NCBI RefSeq assembly: GCF_030684315.1
Contig: NC_081358.1
Span: 87,694,458 to 87,758,457, forward strand
DNA length: 64,000 bases
Direction: 5' to 3'
From: Stegostoma tigrinum
Lineage: Eukaryota
Shown here: positions 35,933-49,558 of the stretch, one piece after another
How positions within the stretch are numbered: position 1 is the first letter of the stretch
Layout: each line of letters starts with the position of its first letter
Made by a program: the position numbers and the translations under genes
Notes under the pieces: generated by a model
Database searches by the model: none
What the model saw: only the letters and a program-made list of their open reading frames with translations
Told to the model about the DNA's origin: nothing

Positions 35933-38900
35933 AGGAACAAGTAGTCATTCTCAAGCTGTGACTAGTTTCCTTAAAATATTTCATTTAACTTGGGTGTCAC
36001 TGATAAGGCTAGCATTTGTTGCCCAGTCACAAATGCTCTTGAACTGAGATCGCTAGCTGCCAAAAGTGCCATGAGCATCAGGGCTTGGATCCAGCTGTTC
36101 ACAATCTGTATCACTACTTTGAATGTGTGGATCAACTGTAATACTTCCAGTTTTGCTAATGACACAAAACTAGTTGGAAGTGTGAGTTGTGAGGAGGTTG
36201 CAAAGATGGTTCAGTGGATCATGTTAGCTCTTATTGCAAGAGTATTTGAGTACAGAAATAGTGATGTCTTGTTGAAATTGCACCTAGAGTATTGCGTGCA
36301 GATGCTTTATCTAAGGACGGATACATTAGCTATCGAAGAATATTGACCAGACTGATTCCTGGAATGGTAGGATTGACACAGGGGAAGACAATGAGGGGTT
36401 TGAATCTATATTCTCCGGAAGGATGAGAGCTGATCTTATTGAAACGTGCAAAATTCTTATAGAAATCAACAGGGTAGATGCAGGTATAAGTTTACCATGG
36501 AAACCAGGATGCCTGGAACAAAGAGAAGCGTTGTCAGAATGAGAAGTAGTTAGTTTACGACTGAAATAAAGAGGTATTTCTTCACTCAGTGGGTAGTGAA
36601 TCTTTAGAATTCTCTAGGGGGTTGTGGACGCTCCATCCTTGAGTGTTTTCAGGACGCAGTTTGTTAGATACTAGATTTTAAAAATTCTAAGGATATTAAA
36701 AATATTATTGTGTAGTGCTAAAATGGCAATGTGGTAGAAGATCATCTATGATCTAATTTAGTGGCAGTACAGAGTCAAGATCCAAAACAATAACTCTGAT
36801 TTCTCTCTACAGAAGCGACCAGACCTGCTGAGTTTTAGCAGCAATTTCTGTGTTTGTTTATGGTTTGTTTTACTTGCCCTATGTCCAATGTAATTTTTAG
36901 ATGGAATCAGAAAATACTGTGCAAATTTGAGGGCCTACTTCTCAAATTTGACTGGGAATTTATATATATTTCTATTATGTCTCAAGTACAGCTAATAATC
37001 AAACATACAAACAAAACCTACACTTTAGTATTTTTGAAATAAATGATTTGGTTTCTTTCTTAGCTACCTCCTGCAGCTATCAGCAAAGCAATTTGTCGAT
37101 AGTAATCCCACCCGCTAGTATCATATCAAAGAAAATCAGGCAAACTGTAGCAGGAACTATTGTATATTAAAATAACCTGACTGCTTTCTGCTTTTAATGG
37201 TGTACGCAGCTTCTCAGAAATATATAAACCATAAGAGAATGAAGCATACACAATAAAGTCTTCAGTTTTTTTATCACAGCACACAACATGTACTCATCAT
37301 TATTTTACCCAGCTATTTCACCTTCTGTGCTGCTGCCTTATTCCAAAATCTTCTGAATGAAGGGTTTTTTTTGACAAAAGGTCAAATAAAGTTGAAATAA
37401 TTTATTTTCCAACTGGGTATTAGGCATTTTTTTTATCATCCCATTGATGCTGCGTGTAGAAAATGTATGCTGTAGGTCTTTTTTTCTCTTCTAACATGCA
37501 AATGACTCACCAGTGGAAGGATTAAGTGTGGTATCTTGCTGATGTGTAAACTGCTTGGGAATGAGATGCCTCCATAATCCTTTAAGCAGTTCCTCAGATG
37601 CCCTTCAACTACTTCCTTTAGTTGGGGACATATTTCTGATTATCTACATCCATTTCTGTGCACAGGGAATAAAACCTGAAAGTGCAGTAGAAACTCAACA
37701 GGTGCGGCAGCACCTGTACAGAGAGAATCACAGGCTGAATATTGCATTAATGTCAACCATGTCATGATTAAGGGGGAGTTTCTATCTATAAGGCCTAGCA
37801 AGTTTTCTCATCACATCTTACTAATCATTAACTAAATATCCTGCGTCTGCCCCTTGTCCGATTTCGGCTCAGTTCTGCCACTTGCCACACCTGCAATGGA
37901 CTGGTCTCCAGCTGAAGCACTATTATTATCATTATTGTCTGCAATATCTCCTCTCACTTATTCACCATCCCAATTTCTCCACTCTGCATGTCATCTGTGC
38001 TGCCACTCACTTGCTCAGATCGCCAGCCTACCTTCACCAAAAGTGATAGCTATGCTACCCAGCCTGGTCAGCTGATCACTGTGGCCATCTAACATCCGTG
38101 ATTTTTGCTTTTAAAAACCATATTAGGCCATGAATAGTCATAGGTATTAAAAATCAGATGATGAAATTGGAAAATTGATGGCTCATTTTTTAGTATTATT
38201 GTAACAATGGTCATTGCCTGATATATGTGTGAATACAATTACACATTCATCAGCCCAAGGCGGGGAGGAGGTGTCATCCATGCCTTGCTATATCTGGATA
38301 CAGTTTGCTTCAGTGACTGAAGAATCCGAAATGGTGCTGAACATTGTGCTATTATCAGCAAAAATCCTCCCTCCTGACCTTATGATAGTAGTTCCCTGCG
38401 TTGAAGTGTCTATAATTCTGCGAGGCGTTCTGCTGTTGGTCAGACCTTTGAGAAGGCACAGTGTGTGTTAATTTCATTTTAATTGTGTTTAATTATGGTG
38501 GACTTTAACTGGGTGTTCATTTGAGTTTTTAAAAAAAATTTAACCTATTTTTCTAATTATTCAGAGAGGTTATCACACACCTTGTGGAGCAGCTGGGATT
38601 GAACCGAGAACTCGTGCTGTAGGGTGAGGACGCAACCAATGCATCACAAGAGGGCCTTTGAGCTTCTTACAAATAAATATAAACTGAAACTGTGGATGTT
38701 GGATTTGGAGGGGTTTTTTTATTTCTTAATATATAGAGCTACATAAAGATTGGCTCCTGTTTTATCCTTTGACAACTGGTTTTCAGGGGTAGAGCAGCAC
38801 GTTCCAAGCCATCAGAGTGACAGAGGCAGCATTTCAAAATAGCTACCTTATCATAGTCACATACAGTTGGAAGAAACTTTTAATTCCATTTTATTGTCCT

Positions 38901-39239
38901 TTTGTGTACCTATCTAGCTTTCCCTGAAGGTCATCCATACTATATGTCTCCTTGTAGTATGTGATAGCAAATTCCACATTCTAATCATTGTCAACATAAA
39001 GAACTTACTCCTGAATTCCTCAGCAGGTCTTTTTTTAGAGATTTTCTTAGTATTATAGCCACTAATTCCCAACTTACCCACATCTTGAAGGTCTACTTCA
39101 TCAAACGTCTCATTAGTTTTATAGATCTCTTATAGCTTATTTAGCTTATAACCCTCAACTATTTTTTCAAAATAGAATTAGGCCTTGTACACTGCCTTGA
39201 GGAACACTTACAGAGAAATCTTGGGAATTAAATAAATGA

Positions 39240-39800
39240 CTTCCAACAACCGCTCCTTTGTCCTTTGCAGGATGTATGCCTCCAACAGAGGAGTGTATTG
39301 TCCCCAGTTCCCATTGACTCCAGTTTTGTATCCCTGCAAGGAATGTGTGATGGTCACTCTAACCAATATTGCCATTGATGGATGGAGCTATAGGAAGTAG
39401 ATTGATAGGAACAAGTCAAATATGTTTTCCCTCTCATGGATTTTGTCATCACCACCTGCCACAGGCACAGTCAAGTAGCTACATCCTTTAGGATTCAGCC
39501 AACTTGTCAGTAATGAGCCATTCTTGGCCAATGCTACTGAAATCCTCAACCCAGAATACATAGTGTGCTCTTGTCACCCTCAGTGCTCCTTCAAATTTTG
39601 TTCGTCATGGAGGAAGATTGATTCTTTAGCTAGTTTGAATCAGCATGAAACTTTATGGGCTCTAGCATCGATGTTGAGGATTCCCAGGATAAATCCATCA
39701 ACATTTACACAACTGTGCTGCCACCACTCTTGGGTCTGTCTTGTTGGTGGGACAGCACCAATCCAGGCAGCGCAATGGTAGTATCTGGGACATTATCTAT
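39240..39800 (-). mobile_element. Decayed CR1/L2-group LINE (APE endonuclease region)
   Basis: The minus strand reads ..YVFWVEDFS..QEWL, a degenerate GDFN motif. A related piece lies at ~38260-38385. Confidence 0.55.
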
Positions 39801-41214
39801 AAGGTATGGTTGAGTAAGAAGGGGGCATAGTCTAAAAATTAGGGCTAGACCATTTAGGAGAGATGTTAGGAAGCTCTTCTACATGCAAACAGCACTTGCT
39901 GATTGATCCTTTAAGTTTGAATCTGAGGTAGATAAACATTTCTTAAGCAAGGGTATTAAATGGATTATGGGCCAAAGGAAGTTTCATGGATCACAGTTGA
40001 TGTTGAGTAACCCTTGCTCAGAACCATTTTAACCACAATGAGCTTAAATCTCTGAATCAGTGGTCAATGATTCACCAGAAGGCTCTAATTTAAATGTTTT
40101 CAGACCCCTGGCACTATATCACTTGAAGTAGTGACTGTCATTGCTCAGTGGGTGACCGTTTCTTTAGACACACAAATGCATGGTGCTCTCCAGTGAGGAT
40201 TGTGTTATCACTTAGTTTGCATGTAAGACCTATGAGCTACTTTGCCTCTTTATGTTAAAATAAATCCAGTTGAATAATGGTGCTATTTAATTATCGTTGT
40301 TCACTGTAAAGATCCCAGTTTTACAGTTCCAAAGTGAAGCACAGCTGAGAATCAGTTTTCTGTTGGAACCTTTTGGAATGCCTTTAGTACATTCACTATC
40401 TCCAATGCTTCTTGCTGTTCTCAGTCTAAGTCTACTTACACCATGATGGGAAGGATGCTTTTGTGAACTCTTTAGCAGAAGAAAGGCTTGAGATTGATGG
40501 ATGGTAAATAGTTTTAAGACATACCACATTGTAGCAAGTTGCAGTACATCTGAGATGCATGCTTTTCTGTTGTGAGACTTTTCGGCTTAAACCAGGATGA
40601 ACTACTTTAACTATATTCTGTTAAGACTAAGTACAATCACTGCAGAGCTGTACACCCTCAGTGGAGCACATGCAGGATTCTGGGTAGCTCCTCCCAGGAA
40701 CAGTCTTTTATATCCTGCTGCTTGGAACTTATCTTGCGATGTCATTTACACCTTTCAGGTGCTAACTGCCTTATGCAACATCTCTCCCAAGCTTTCTTTC
40801 CAGTTCTTAATGAATTGTTTCAAACAATTAAAGTAGGTTTATCATACCCTGAATTGTTCAAGTCTCTGACTTTGTAAACGACCACTGACCTGGTTTGATT
40901 GCAAGTTTGCTGCTTGAGGACAAACCTTACAGGTACAGCTTGTTGCCATCCTGGAACTTTGGTGAATCTCTGATTTCTTGGATGTTCTTTACAGAGGATG
41001 GCCCTTGCTGCCAATGTCACTACTTAATATTTGTCTCCCTTGGAGGATCTTAAGTTCCCTTCAGTTGTGTCAGAGAAGATTATTGCCTTTCTGAAAGAAG
41101 TTATCTTTCACTCTTGGAGATTGTAACAAGGTATAGTCACACGTGATATTTCCGTTACTGCTCCTACACATTTGCAAAACATCGTAACTTCATCAGACTC
41201 AATTATAGACAGAA

Positions 41215-41882
41215 TGGCCAAGCAGCATCTCAGGAGCACAAAAGCTGACGTTTCGGGCCTAGACCCTTCATCAGAGAGGGGGATGGGGAGAGGGTTCTGG
41301 AATAAATAGGGAGAGACGGGGAGGAGGATGGAAGACGGAGAGAAAATAAGATAGTTGGAGAGGAGAGATAGCAATTTCTCGCCATCCCCCTCTCTGATGA
41401 AGGGTCTAGGACCGAAACGTCAGCTTTTGTGCTCCTGAGATGCTGCTTGGCCTGCTGTGTTCGTCCAGCTCCACACTTTGTTATCTTGGATTCTCCAGCA
41501 TCTGCAGTTCCCATTATCACTGATACAATTTTAACCTCACTGTGAAGCCTCTTCCAGGGATGCCTAACCTGAAGAAGTTACCCTCTTCCCTCCGAACCAA
41601 CCTCAGGGAATCTGTCTCCCACTGCAACTCTCTTGTAATCTCTTCAGCCTTGAAACTGCTATCTCTCGTCTCCACCTATCTTCTTTTCTCTCCATCTTTG
41701 GTTCGCCTCCCCGTCTCTCCCTATTTATTCCAGAACCCTCTCCCCATCCCCCTCTCTGATGAAGGGTCTAGGCCCGAAACGTCAGCTTTTGTGCTCCTGA
41801 GATGCTGCTTGGCCTGCTGTGTTCATCCAGCTCCACACTTTGTTATCTTGGATTCTCCAGCATCTGCAGTTCCCATTATCGC
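41215..41882. mobile_element. Composite PLE insertion: inverted pLTR + pLTR + putative ORF 5' end + second pLTR
   Basis: Hammerheads at 41247-41274 (-), 41394-41421 (+) and 41756-41783 (+). TSD TATAGACAGAA at 41204-41214 and 41883-41893. Confidence 0.92.
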
Positions 41883-42220
41883 TATAGACAGAAAGCTGAT
41901 TTAGCTGTTTTGGTACTGCTTCTTAACAGCTGAATCAACCAGAACAAGAACCTGCCTCTAACTTCTGGTGTTTGCAGTGTCAAGGAGATCAGATAATCAG
42001 ATTTTGATGATTTTACTTGTTATCTGGTGGACACTGAAGCGACCTTGCAGTGTAATATTTTGTATTATTTCTAGCTCTTTCAAGCTTTTAGGAGCAAGCT
42101 TAGTTTTGCTGTTGGTTTTGCTATCTTTTTATCTGTTGGTTGCCTCATTCTCAGAGACTAGTTCGCGCTGAGTGTTCTTAAACTGCCGAATATTTAAAAA
42201 TACATTTAATTTTCTGACTG

Positions 42221-44209
42221 TAAAATGTGAGGCTGGATGAACACAGCAGGCCCAGCAGCATCTCAGGAGCACAAAAGCTGACGTTTCGGGCCTAGACCCT
42301 TCATCAGAGAGGGGGATGGGGAGAGGGTTCTGGAATAAATAGGGAGAGAGGGGGAGGCGGACCGAAGATGGAGAGAAAAGAAGATAGGTGGAGAGAGTAT
42401 AGGTGGGGAGGTAGGGAGGGGATAGGTCAGTCCAGGGAAGACGGACAGGTCAAGGGGTGGGATGAGGTTAGTAGGTAGGAGATGGAGGTGCGGCTTGGGG
42501 TGGGAGGAAGGGATGGGTGAGAGGAAGAACAGGTTAGGGAGGCAGAGACAGGTTGGACTGGTTTTGGGATGCAGTGGGTGGAGGGGAAGAGCTGGGCTGA
42601 CTGTGCGGTGCAGTGGGGGGAGGGGACGAACTGGACTGGTTTTGGGATGCGGTGGGAGAAGGGGAGATTTTGAAGCTGGTGAAGTCCACATTGATACCAT
42701 TGGGCTGTAGGGTCCCCAGCGGTATATGAGTTGCTGTTCCTGCAACCTTCGGGTGGCATCATTGTGGCACTGCAGGAGGCCCATGATGGACATGTCATCT
42801 AGAGAATGGGAGGGGGAGTGGAAATGGTTTGCGGCTGGGAGGTGCAGTTGTTTATTGTGAACCGAGCGGAGGTGTTCTGCAAAGCGGTCCCCAAGCCTCC
42901 GCTTGGTTTCCCCAATGTAGAGGAAGCCACACCGGGTACAGTGGATGCAGTATACTGCATTGGCAGATGTGCAGGTGAACCTCTGCTTAATGTGGAATAT
43001 CATCTTGGGGCCTAGGATAGGGGCGAGGGAGGAGGTGTGGGGGCAATGTAGCATTTCCTGCGGTTGCAGGGGAAGGTGCCTGGTGTGGTGGGGTTGGAGG
43101 GCAGTGTGGAGCGAACAAGGGAGTCATGGAGAGAGTGGTCTCTCCGGAAAGCAGACAGGGGTGGGGATGGAAAAATGTCTTGGGTGGTGGGGTCGGATTG
43201 TAGATGGCGGAAGTGTCGGAAGATGATGAGTTGTATCTGGAGGTTGGTGGGGTGGTGTGTGAGAACGAGGGGGATCCTCTTTGGGCGGTTGTGGCGGGGG
43301 CGGGATGTGAGGGATGTGTTGCAGGAAATGCGGGAGACGTGGTCAAGGGTGTTCTCGATCACTGTGGGGGGAAAGTTGCGTTCCTTGAAGAACTTGGACA
43401 TCTGGGATGTTCGGGAGTGGAATGCCTCATCGTGGGAGCAGATGCGGCGGAGGCGGAGGAATTGGGAATGGGGGATGGAATTTTTGCAGGAGGGTGGGGA
43501 CCACTTTGCAGAACACCTCAGCTCGGTTCACAATAAACAACTGCACCTCCCAGTCGCAAACCATTTCCACTCCCCCTCCCATTCTTTAGATGACATGTCC
43601 ATCATGGGCCTCCTGCAGTGCCGCAATGATGCCACCCGTAGGTTGCAGGAACAGCAACTCATATTCCGCCTGGGAACCCTACAGCCTAATTGTATCAATG
43701 TGGACTTCACCAGCTTCAAAATCTCCCCTTCCCCCACCGCATCCCAAAACCAGCCCAGTTCGTCCCCTCCCCCCACTGCACCACACAGCCAGCCCAGCTC
43801 TTCCCCTCCACCCACTGTATCCCAAAACCAGTCCAACCTGTCTCTGCCTCCCTAACCTGTTCTTCCTCTCACACATCCCTTCCTCCCACCCCAAGCCACA
43901 CCTCCATCTCCTACCTACTAAACTCATCCCACCTCCTTGACCTGTCCGTCTTCCCTGGACTGACCTATCCCCTCCCTACCTCCCCACCTATACTCTCTCC
44001 ACCTATCTTCTTTTCTCTCCATCTTTGGTCCGCCTCCCCCTCTCTCCCTATTTATTCCAGAACCCTCACCCCATCCCCCTCTCTGATGAAGGGTTGAGGC
44101 CCGAAACGTCAGCTTTTGTGCTCCTGTGATTCTGCTGGGCCTGCTGTGTTCATCCAGCCTCACATTTTATTATCTTGGATTCTCCAGCATCTGCAGTTCC
44201 CATTATCAC
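42221..44209. mobile_element. Large inverted PLE insertion (minus arm ~42221-43494, plus arm ~43495-44209)
   Basis: Both arms encode the GIY-YIG C-terminus. Hammerheads at 42280-42307 (-) and 44083-44110 (+). TSD TAATTTTCTGACTG at 42207-42220 and 44210-44223. Confidence 0.95.
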
Positions 44210-44699
44210 TAATTTTCTGACTGGATTTCTTTCTTTCTTCACTTTGGTTGACTGTGGCCCTTGTAGAATTGATGACATTTTTGGGATAGCATAGCTATCA
44301 TAGAATGTTAGAATTGTTTACAAAACAATGTGGTGTCTATCATCTTGTATAGCACAGTAAAATGAAATCTTTGGATACCCACTGCTGTTACCATCTTGCA
44401 CTGAATTTGGCTAAGTGTCATTTTTGGGGAATTTCATGGAGAATTTCACTCTATGACCTTTACCCAGTTTTCTCACATTACCCTCTGTGTCTTGCCTCAT
44501 TACCTCAGCATTGTGCTGTAATTGTGCACCACTCATGATATTATGTGCTCACCAGTGTTAGAAATACTTGCCACTGCCAGGATCTCCCTGTGCTGGCACT
44601 ACAACTAAAATAGTAGATTGCTATAGGTCAAATGCTATTTGTCAGGGATGCCCTCACATGTATGTGTGGAGAAATACCCCAGAGATGTCTGAGAAAGGG

Positions 44700-45220
44700 A
44701 ACTTATCTCCCTCTTTCACCACTATATCCACTGTCCTAAGGAATGTCCAGCAAATCTGCAAACGGGTTACTGACCTTCTCTGCTTTGTGTGGGTAAATGC
44801 CAATATCTTCTCTCTGCTGCCTTGACTCTAACTCTGCTACTGCACCCATCCCCACCAAGTTTTACAGTCTACCACTCTCATTATTGCTTGCAATGTCTTC
44901 TCTCATTTCCCCTAACAACCTGTCAATCAAAACTGCTAACCATTTCTGTGGTCTGCACTGTCTATTTGTTCAATTGGGCCAGCTCACTAACTTTCCCCCA
45001 CTTGCACCAGCATTAATAACTATGCCAATACTTAGCATGTTACCCAATATGTCTCTTTCATTGCTGGAGAAACGACCCATAATAAGGTGGAAAGAGCCCT
45101 GATGAGTGGTGGGGCGCCTAATATCTGCCTTCTCACACTCCTATGAAGGGAAGAAACTTGCTTTGGCAGGAGGGGCTAGACACTACTCACATTGAGATCT
45201 CCATGCTAGGCAACAAGTAA
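44700..45220 (+). pseudogene. Second decayed Harbinger-type Myb/SANT-like gene remnant (two exons)
   Basis: ISTVLRNVQQICKRVTDLLCFVW is followed by a GT donor at 44793. At ~45070-45175 it reads HNKVERALMSGGAPNICLLT/SYEGKKLALAG, resembling the HN..ER..TGGG...LTP.EE motif. Confidence 0.55.
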
Positions 45221-46159
45221 GAAGGAATGTTAAACATTGTGCTGCTCTCCCGTTACCATCACTGTAAATACATTCTTAAAGTGTTCAAACATCTGTTCCC
45301 TATTACACAACTTTTTTTTCTCTTTTGGCTCCCACATGCACTAATGGCAAGTGCAAAGTTTTCTTCCCGAAGAGAGCAGCCCCACATTGCCACCTTTACA
45401 TCTGAGGAAGAAGTCAAGGATCACTTAAAGAAAATGCTGACACGGATACCTCCTTCAGTAATACCTCAAAGCACACTGTCACGAGCTTTTGACCTTAGTC
45501 TTTAATTTTAATGTCAAACATCTTTTGTAGAACTTTGTATCTTTCAAAAATCATTTAACAATGGGAATAATCTGTGGAGCTTACAGGGTTTATCGGAGAA
45601 ACAATGAGAACCCTTCATTTTCGCTTTCTAGGAAGACCTATCATATGAAGTTCTACTATGAACTTTACAGGCCCATGGGGTTTATCCCAGGGACTAGTTG
45701 CTGGTACAATATCTCTCAATTTCTAGGATTCTCTCTGACCATACGCCTCAGATGAGTGATGATGGGAGGGCTATAACAATGAGGGTGGATCATAGTAGAT
45801 CCCCCTTACTGATGCTGGGCATCATGACCAGGCACTGAGTGCCTTTGATTGAGAACCCCACACATCCCAAACAACTCTGACAGGCCTTGCTGGTCAGGTT
45901 CCCTGCATGATGTGTTCCAACTTCCTACTAGCTTCGTACTGGCAGTGGTGGGCTGAAGCTGTGGGTATGAACTGGCAGGTGATGAGTTTCAATTAGTATT
46001 GGGGTGGACCCACAATGCATTTAATTGGGCTCCTGCCTGATTAAATGATGCTTGACATGAAACTTGCCACAGCATAAGATGTAGCAGAGGTCAGCTGAGT
46101 CCATTTGCTATATCCAATAATTTCCTTTAATTCTTTTTTTGGTTAAGTCCATTGTGCAT

Positions 46160-48490
46160 ACTGTAATATCATACAGTAAGGAAGAGGACCTTTGGACCAC
46201 TAAGTCTGCACCAGCAGACAAATCTCTAAATCTACACTGGTTCCACTTTCCACACTTGGCCCATAGGCTTGAATATTATGACATTTCAAGTGTTCCTCTA
46301 AAGGTTGTGAGTATTCCCACTTCAACTCCCCTTCAAGGCAGTACATTCCAGACTCCCACTGCTATCTGAGTGAAATAATTTTCCTCAAATCCCCTTTAAA
46401 CTTCCTGACTTTCACCTTAAAATTATACTCCGTTATTATTGGCCCTTCAGCTAAGGGGAACAGCTGCTTTCTACCTACACCAGCTATATCCCTCATAATC
46501 CTACGCACTTCTATCAGGTGCCTTCATATCTGTCTATGCTCGAAAGAAAATAACTCAAGCTTATCCAACCTCTTTTCATAGCTAAAGTGTTCCATCAGGC
46601 AACATCCTGCTGAACTTCCTCTGCACCCCATCCAGTGCAAAAATGTGGTGACCAGAACTGCACTCCAGCTATAGCCTAATCAAAGTCCTGTACAGCTACA
46701 ACATAACCACCCTGCTCTTTTAATCTGTACAACTACTGCAAGAGTCGCGTCCCATAAGCCTTCTTCACTATCCTATTAACATGTTCTTCCACCCTCAGGG
46801 ATTGGTGAACAAGTACTCCAAAATCCCTTTGTTGCTCTGAGCTTCCTAGTGTCCTGCTCTTCATTGAGTACGCCTTTCTTTTGTTACTTCTTCTGAAGTG
46901 CATCACCTCACACTTATCAGGCTTAAATTCCATTTGCCACTGGTCTGCTCATCTGACCAATCCATCAATATCCTCCTGTAACCTAAAATTTTTATCCCCA
47001 ACATCAACCACCTGGCCAATCTTCATGTCATCCATAAACTGACTTAATATTTCCCCCATATTCACATCTATATCGTACATATGATATATAATCCCTATAT
47101 GAACAATAAAGGATCCAACACTGATCCCTGTGGTATGCCACTGAATAGTGGCCTCCAGTCACACAAACAGCCTTCAAACACCAGCCTCTGTTTCCTACCA
47201 CTAAGCCAAGTTTGGATCCAATTTGCCAAATTACCCTAGGTCACATGTGCTTTGACATTCTTTTCGGTCTCCCATGAGAGAACTTGTCAAAGGCTTTGCT
47301 GAAATCCTTACAAACCATATCAACTGAACTATCCTCATTTACACACCTGGTCGTTGCCTTGAAAAATTAAAATCAAATTTATTAGGAATGACCTGCCTCT
47401 GATAAAGCCATGCCAACTATCCCTTGCCTCTCTAAGTGGGCATTAATTCTCTCCTTCAGAATTTTCTCAAATTAATTCCCGACCAATAACATGAGATTCA
47501 CTGGTCTGTAATTCCCTGGTTTACCTCTATTATCCTTCTTGAAAAGTGGACCCACATTATCAGTCCTCCAGAAGTCTCAAACTTACCTGATGGTGAGAGG
47601 AATTAACAAATTTGGGGCAGAGCTCTTGTAATTTCCTCCCTCAACTCCGACAGCAGCTTGGGATACAATTCATCTGGACATGGGCGTTTGTTCATTTTTA
47701 AGCACGTCAAAAGCTCAAATACTTCCTTAATCCCAATGTTGAACTGTTCAAGAAGCTCACAATCCCACTTCCCAAACTCTGTACCTACATCCTCCTCCAA
47801 AGTGGAGACACATGTGGACTATCCATCTGAAATCCTTCCAATGTCCTCCAGTTCAATACACAGATTGCCCCTTTGGTCCCTATTGGGCCATACTCTTTCT
47901 CTGGTTATCGTCATGCCCTTGATATACATATAGAATATTGGAATTCACACTGATCTTATCTGCTATGTTTTGGCATGCTTCCTCTTCTCTCCTAATTGCT
48001 TTCTTAAGATCTCCCTGCACTTTCTATACTCCATTAGGGCCTCTGCTGACTTGCTCGCTTTGTAGCTATTAGGTGCAAATATTTTCTTTCTTATCCAATT
48101 CTGAATATTCTTAGACATTTAGGATTCTCTGGGCTTTTGATCCTACATTTCACACTAAAAGGGAACATGATGGGGCTGTACTCTTACCAATGCCATTTAG
48201 AACACTCCTCCCCTGTTCTGCTGTAGATTTACCCAGAACTAATTGTTGCCAGTCTACTTTGGCCAGTTTCTGCCTTATTTTAGTAGAATCTGTCATCCCC
48301 CAAACCAAAACCCTTTTCTGCAGATCACCTTGTTCCTTTCCCATAACAAAATGTAAATGTACAGTGCTGTGACACTATCACTAATATGCCCTCCCGCTGA
48401 CACTCCGATCACCTGTCTGGCTTTGTTACCCAGAAATTGGATCAGCACTGTACCATCCTTTGTTGGACCTTTTAAATATTGATACAAAAA
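46160..48490 (-). mobile_element. Long decayed CR1 LINE (APE C-terminus, RT, 3' end)
   Basis: The minus strand has GIPQGSVLDP (~47110-47140), FMDDMK (~47025-47040), MEFKPDKCEVMHF and CPDELYPKLL. Confidence 0.9.
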
Positions 48491-49204
48491 GCTGATTTAA
48501 AGTCAATTGTTTGTAATCCTTTATACATGTCTAAGTATTCTTTAATGATACATCTGAATATAGTTATTCTCAATTTACCCATGAGTGATGTAAAATATAT
48601 TGATCTACAGTTACCTGGCTTTTTACTTTTTGAACACATATGATTCCCTTTTGTCCTGTTTCAAATAAAATTTCAGAAAATATAGTTGGTATAGTTACTT
48701 GGCATAGTTTTGTTGGAGAATGGCATAAAACTATAATGTTCATTTAGAAAGCTGCATTCAGACATGATATGCTGATTAGCCGCATTCTTCAGTGATTATG
48801 ATTTTTCTGTATCTCTATAAATTCATCGCTAACATTCTTTAGCATACTGCTACATAGACCATATAGTGTCTTATCAGCTTGAGTTCTTAGAAACACCATT
48901 GCTTTCTTGATGAACTACCAAATCCTCAGGAGATCAGAAATTCAGCTTTGAGCCACTTCTTAAATATAAAGGACTGATACTCTGTGGTTCACTAAGAATA
49001 AAGAAGTGGAAAATCTGAATTTACAACTAGATTCCTCCTATTCTTCCCTTCAGATTGTCCCTCAAACACATTTTCTTTATTTGGAGAGGAATCTGACTCT
49101 TACTAACCACTTTCAGTTATTGCGCATTCAAACTATCCAGTGTCCATTGATCTGAGCACCATCAACACGGTTCTCCAAGATCTCTGGTACATCCTTTCTT
49201 CTGA

Positions 49205-49558
49205 TTACAAGATGATCAAAAGATTAGATAGGGTGGACAGTGAGAGTCTTTTTCCGAGGATGATGACTTCAGCTTGTACAAGGGGGCAAAGCTGCAAATT
49301 GAGGGGTGATAGATTTAAGACAGATGTTAGACGCAGGTTCTTTACTCAGAGAGTGGTAAGGGCGTGGAATGTCCTGCCTGCTAATGTAGTTAACTCAGCC
49401 ACATTAGGGGCATTTAAACAGTCCTTGGATAAGCATATGGATAATGATGGGATAGTGTAGGGGGATGGACTTAGATTAGTTCACAGGTCGGCGCAACATC
49501 GAGGGCCGAAGGGCCTGTTCTGCGCTGTATTGTTCTATGTTCTACGTTCTATGTTCTG
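49205..49558 (+). mobile_element. CR1 3' end with heptamer tail
   Basis: YKMIKRLDRVDSESLFP..RRRFFTQRVVRAWNVLP, followed by a (GTTCTAT)n-like tail at ~49533-49558. Confidence 0.9.

Larger units (their letters stand above)
32895..36780 (+). mobile_element. Fragmented CR1 LINE (~32895-33225, 34560-34710, 35943-36780) with nested insertions
   Basis: CR1 ORF2 motifs (gattggaaagtaggaaatata = DWKVGNI; SFANDTKL at ~36150) are collinear across the insertions. Confidence 0.75.

Noticed and set aside
43064-43855. 263-aa ORF
   Set aside because: It is a chimera of antisense PLE sequence fused to the sense EN C-terminus at the inversion junction.
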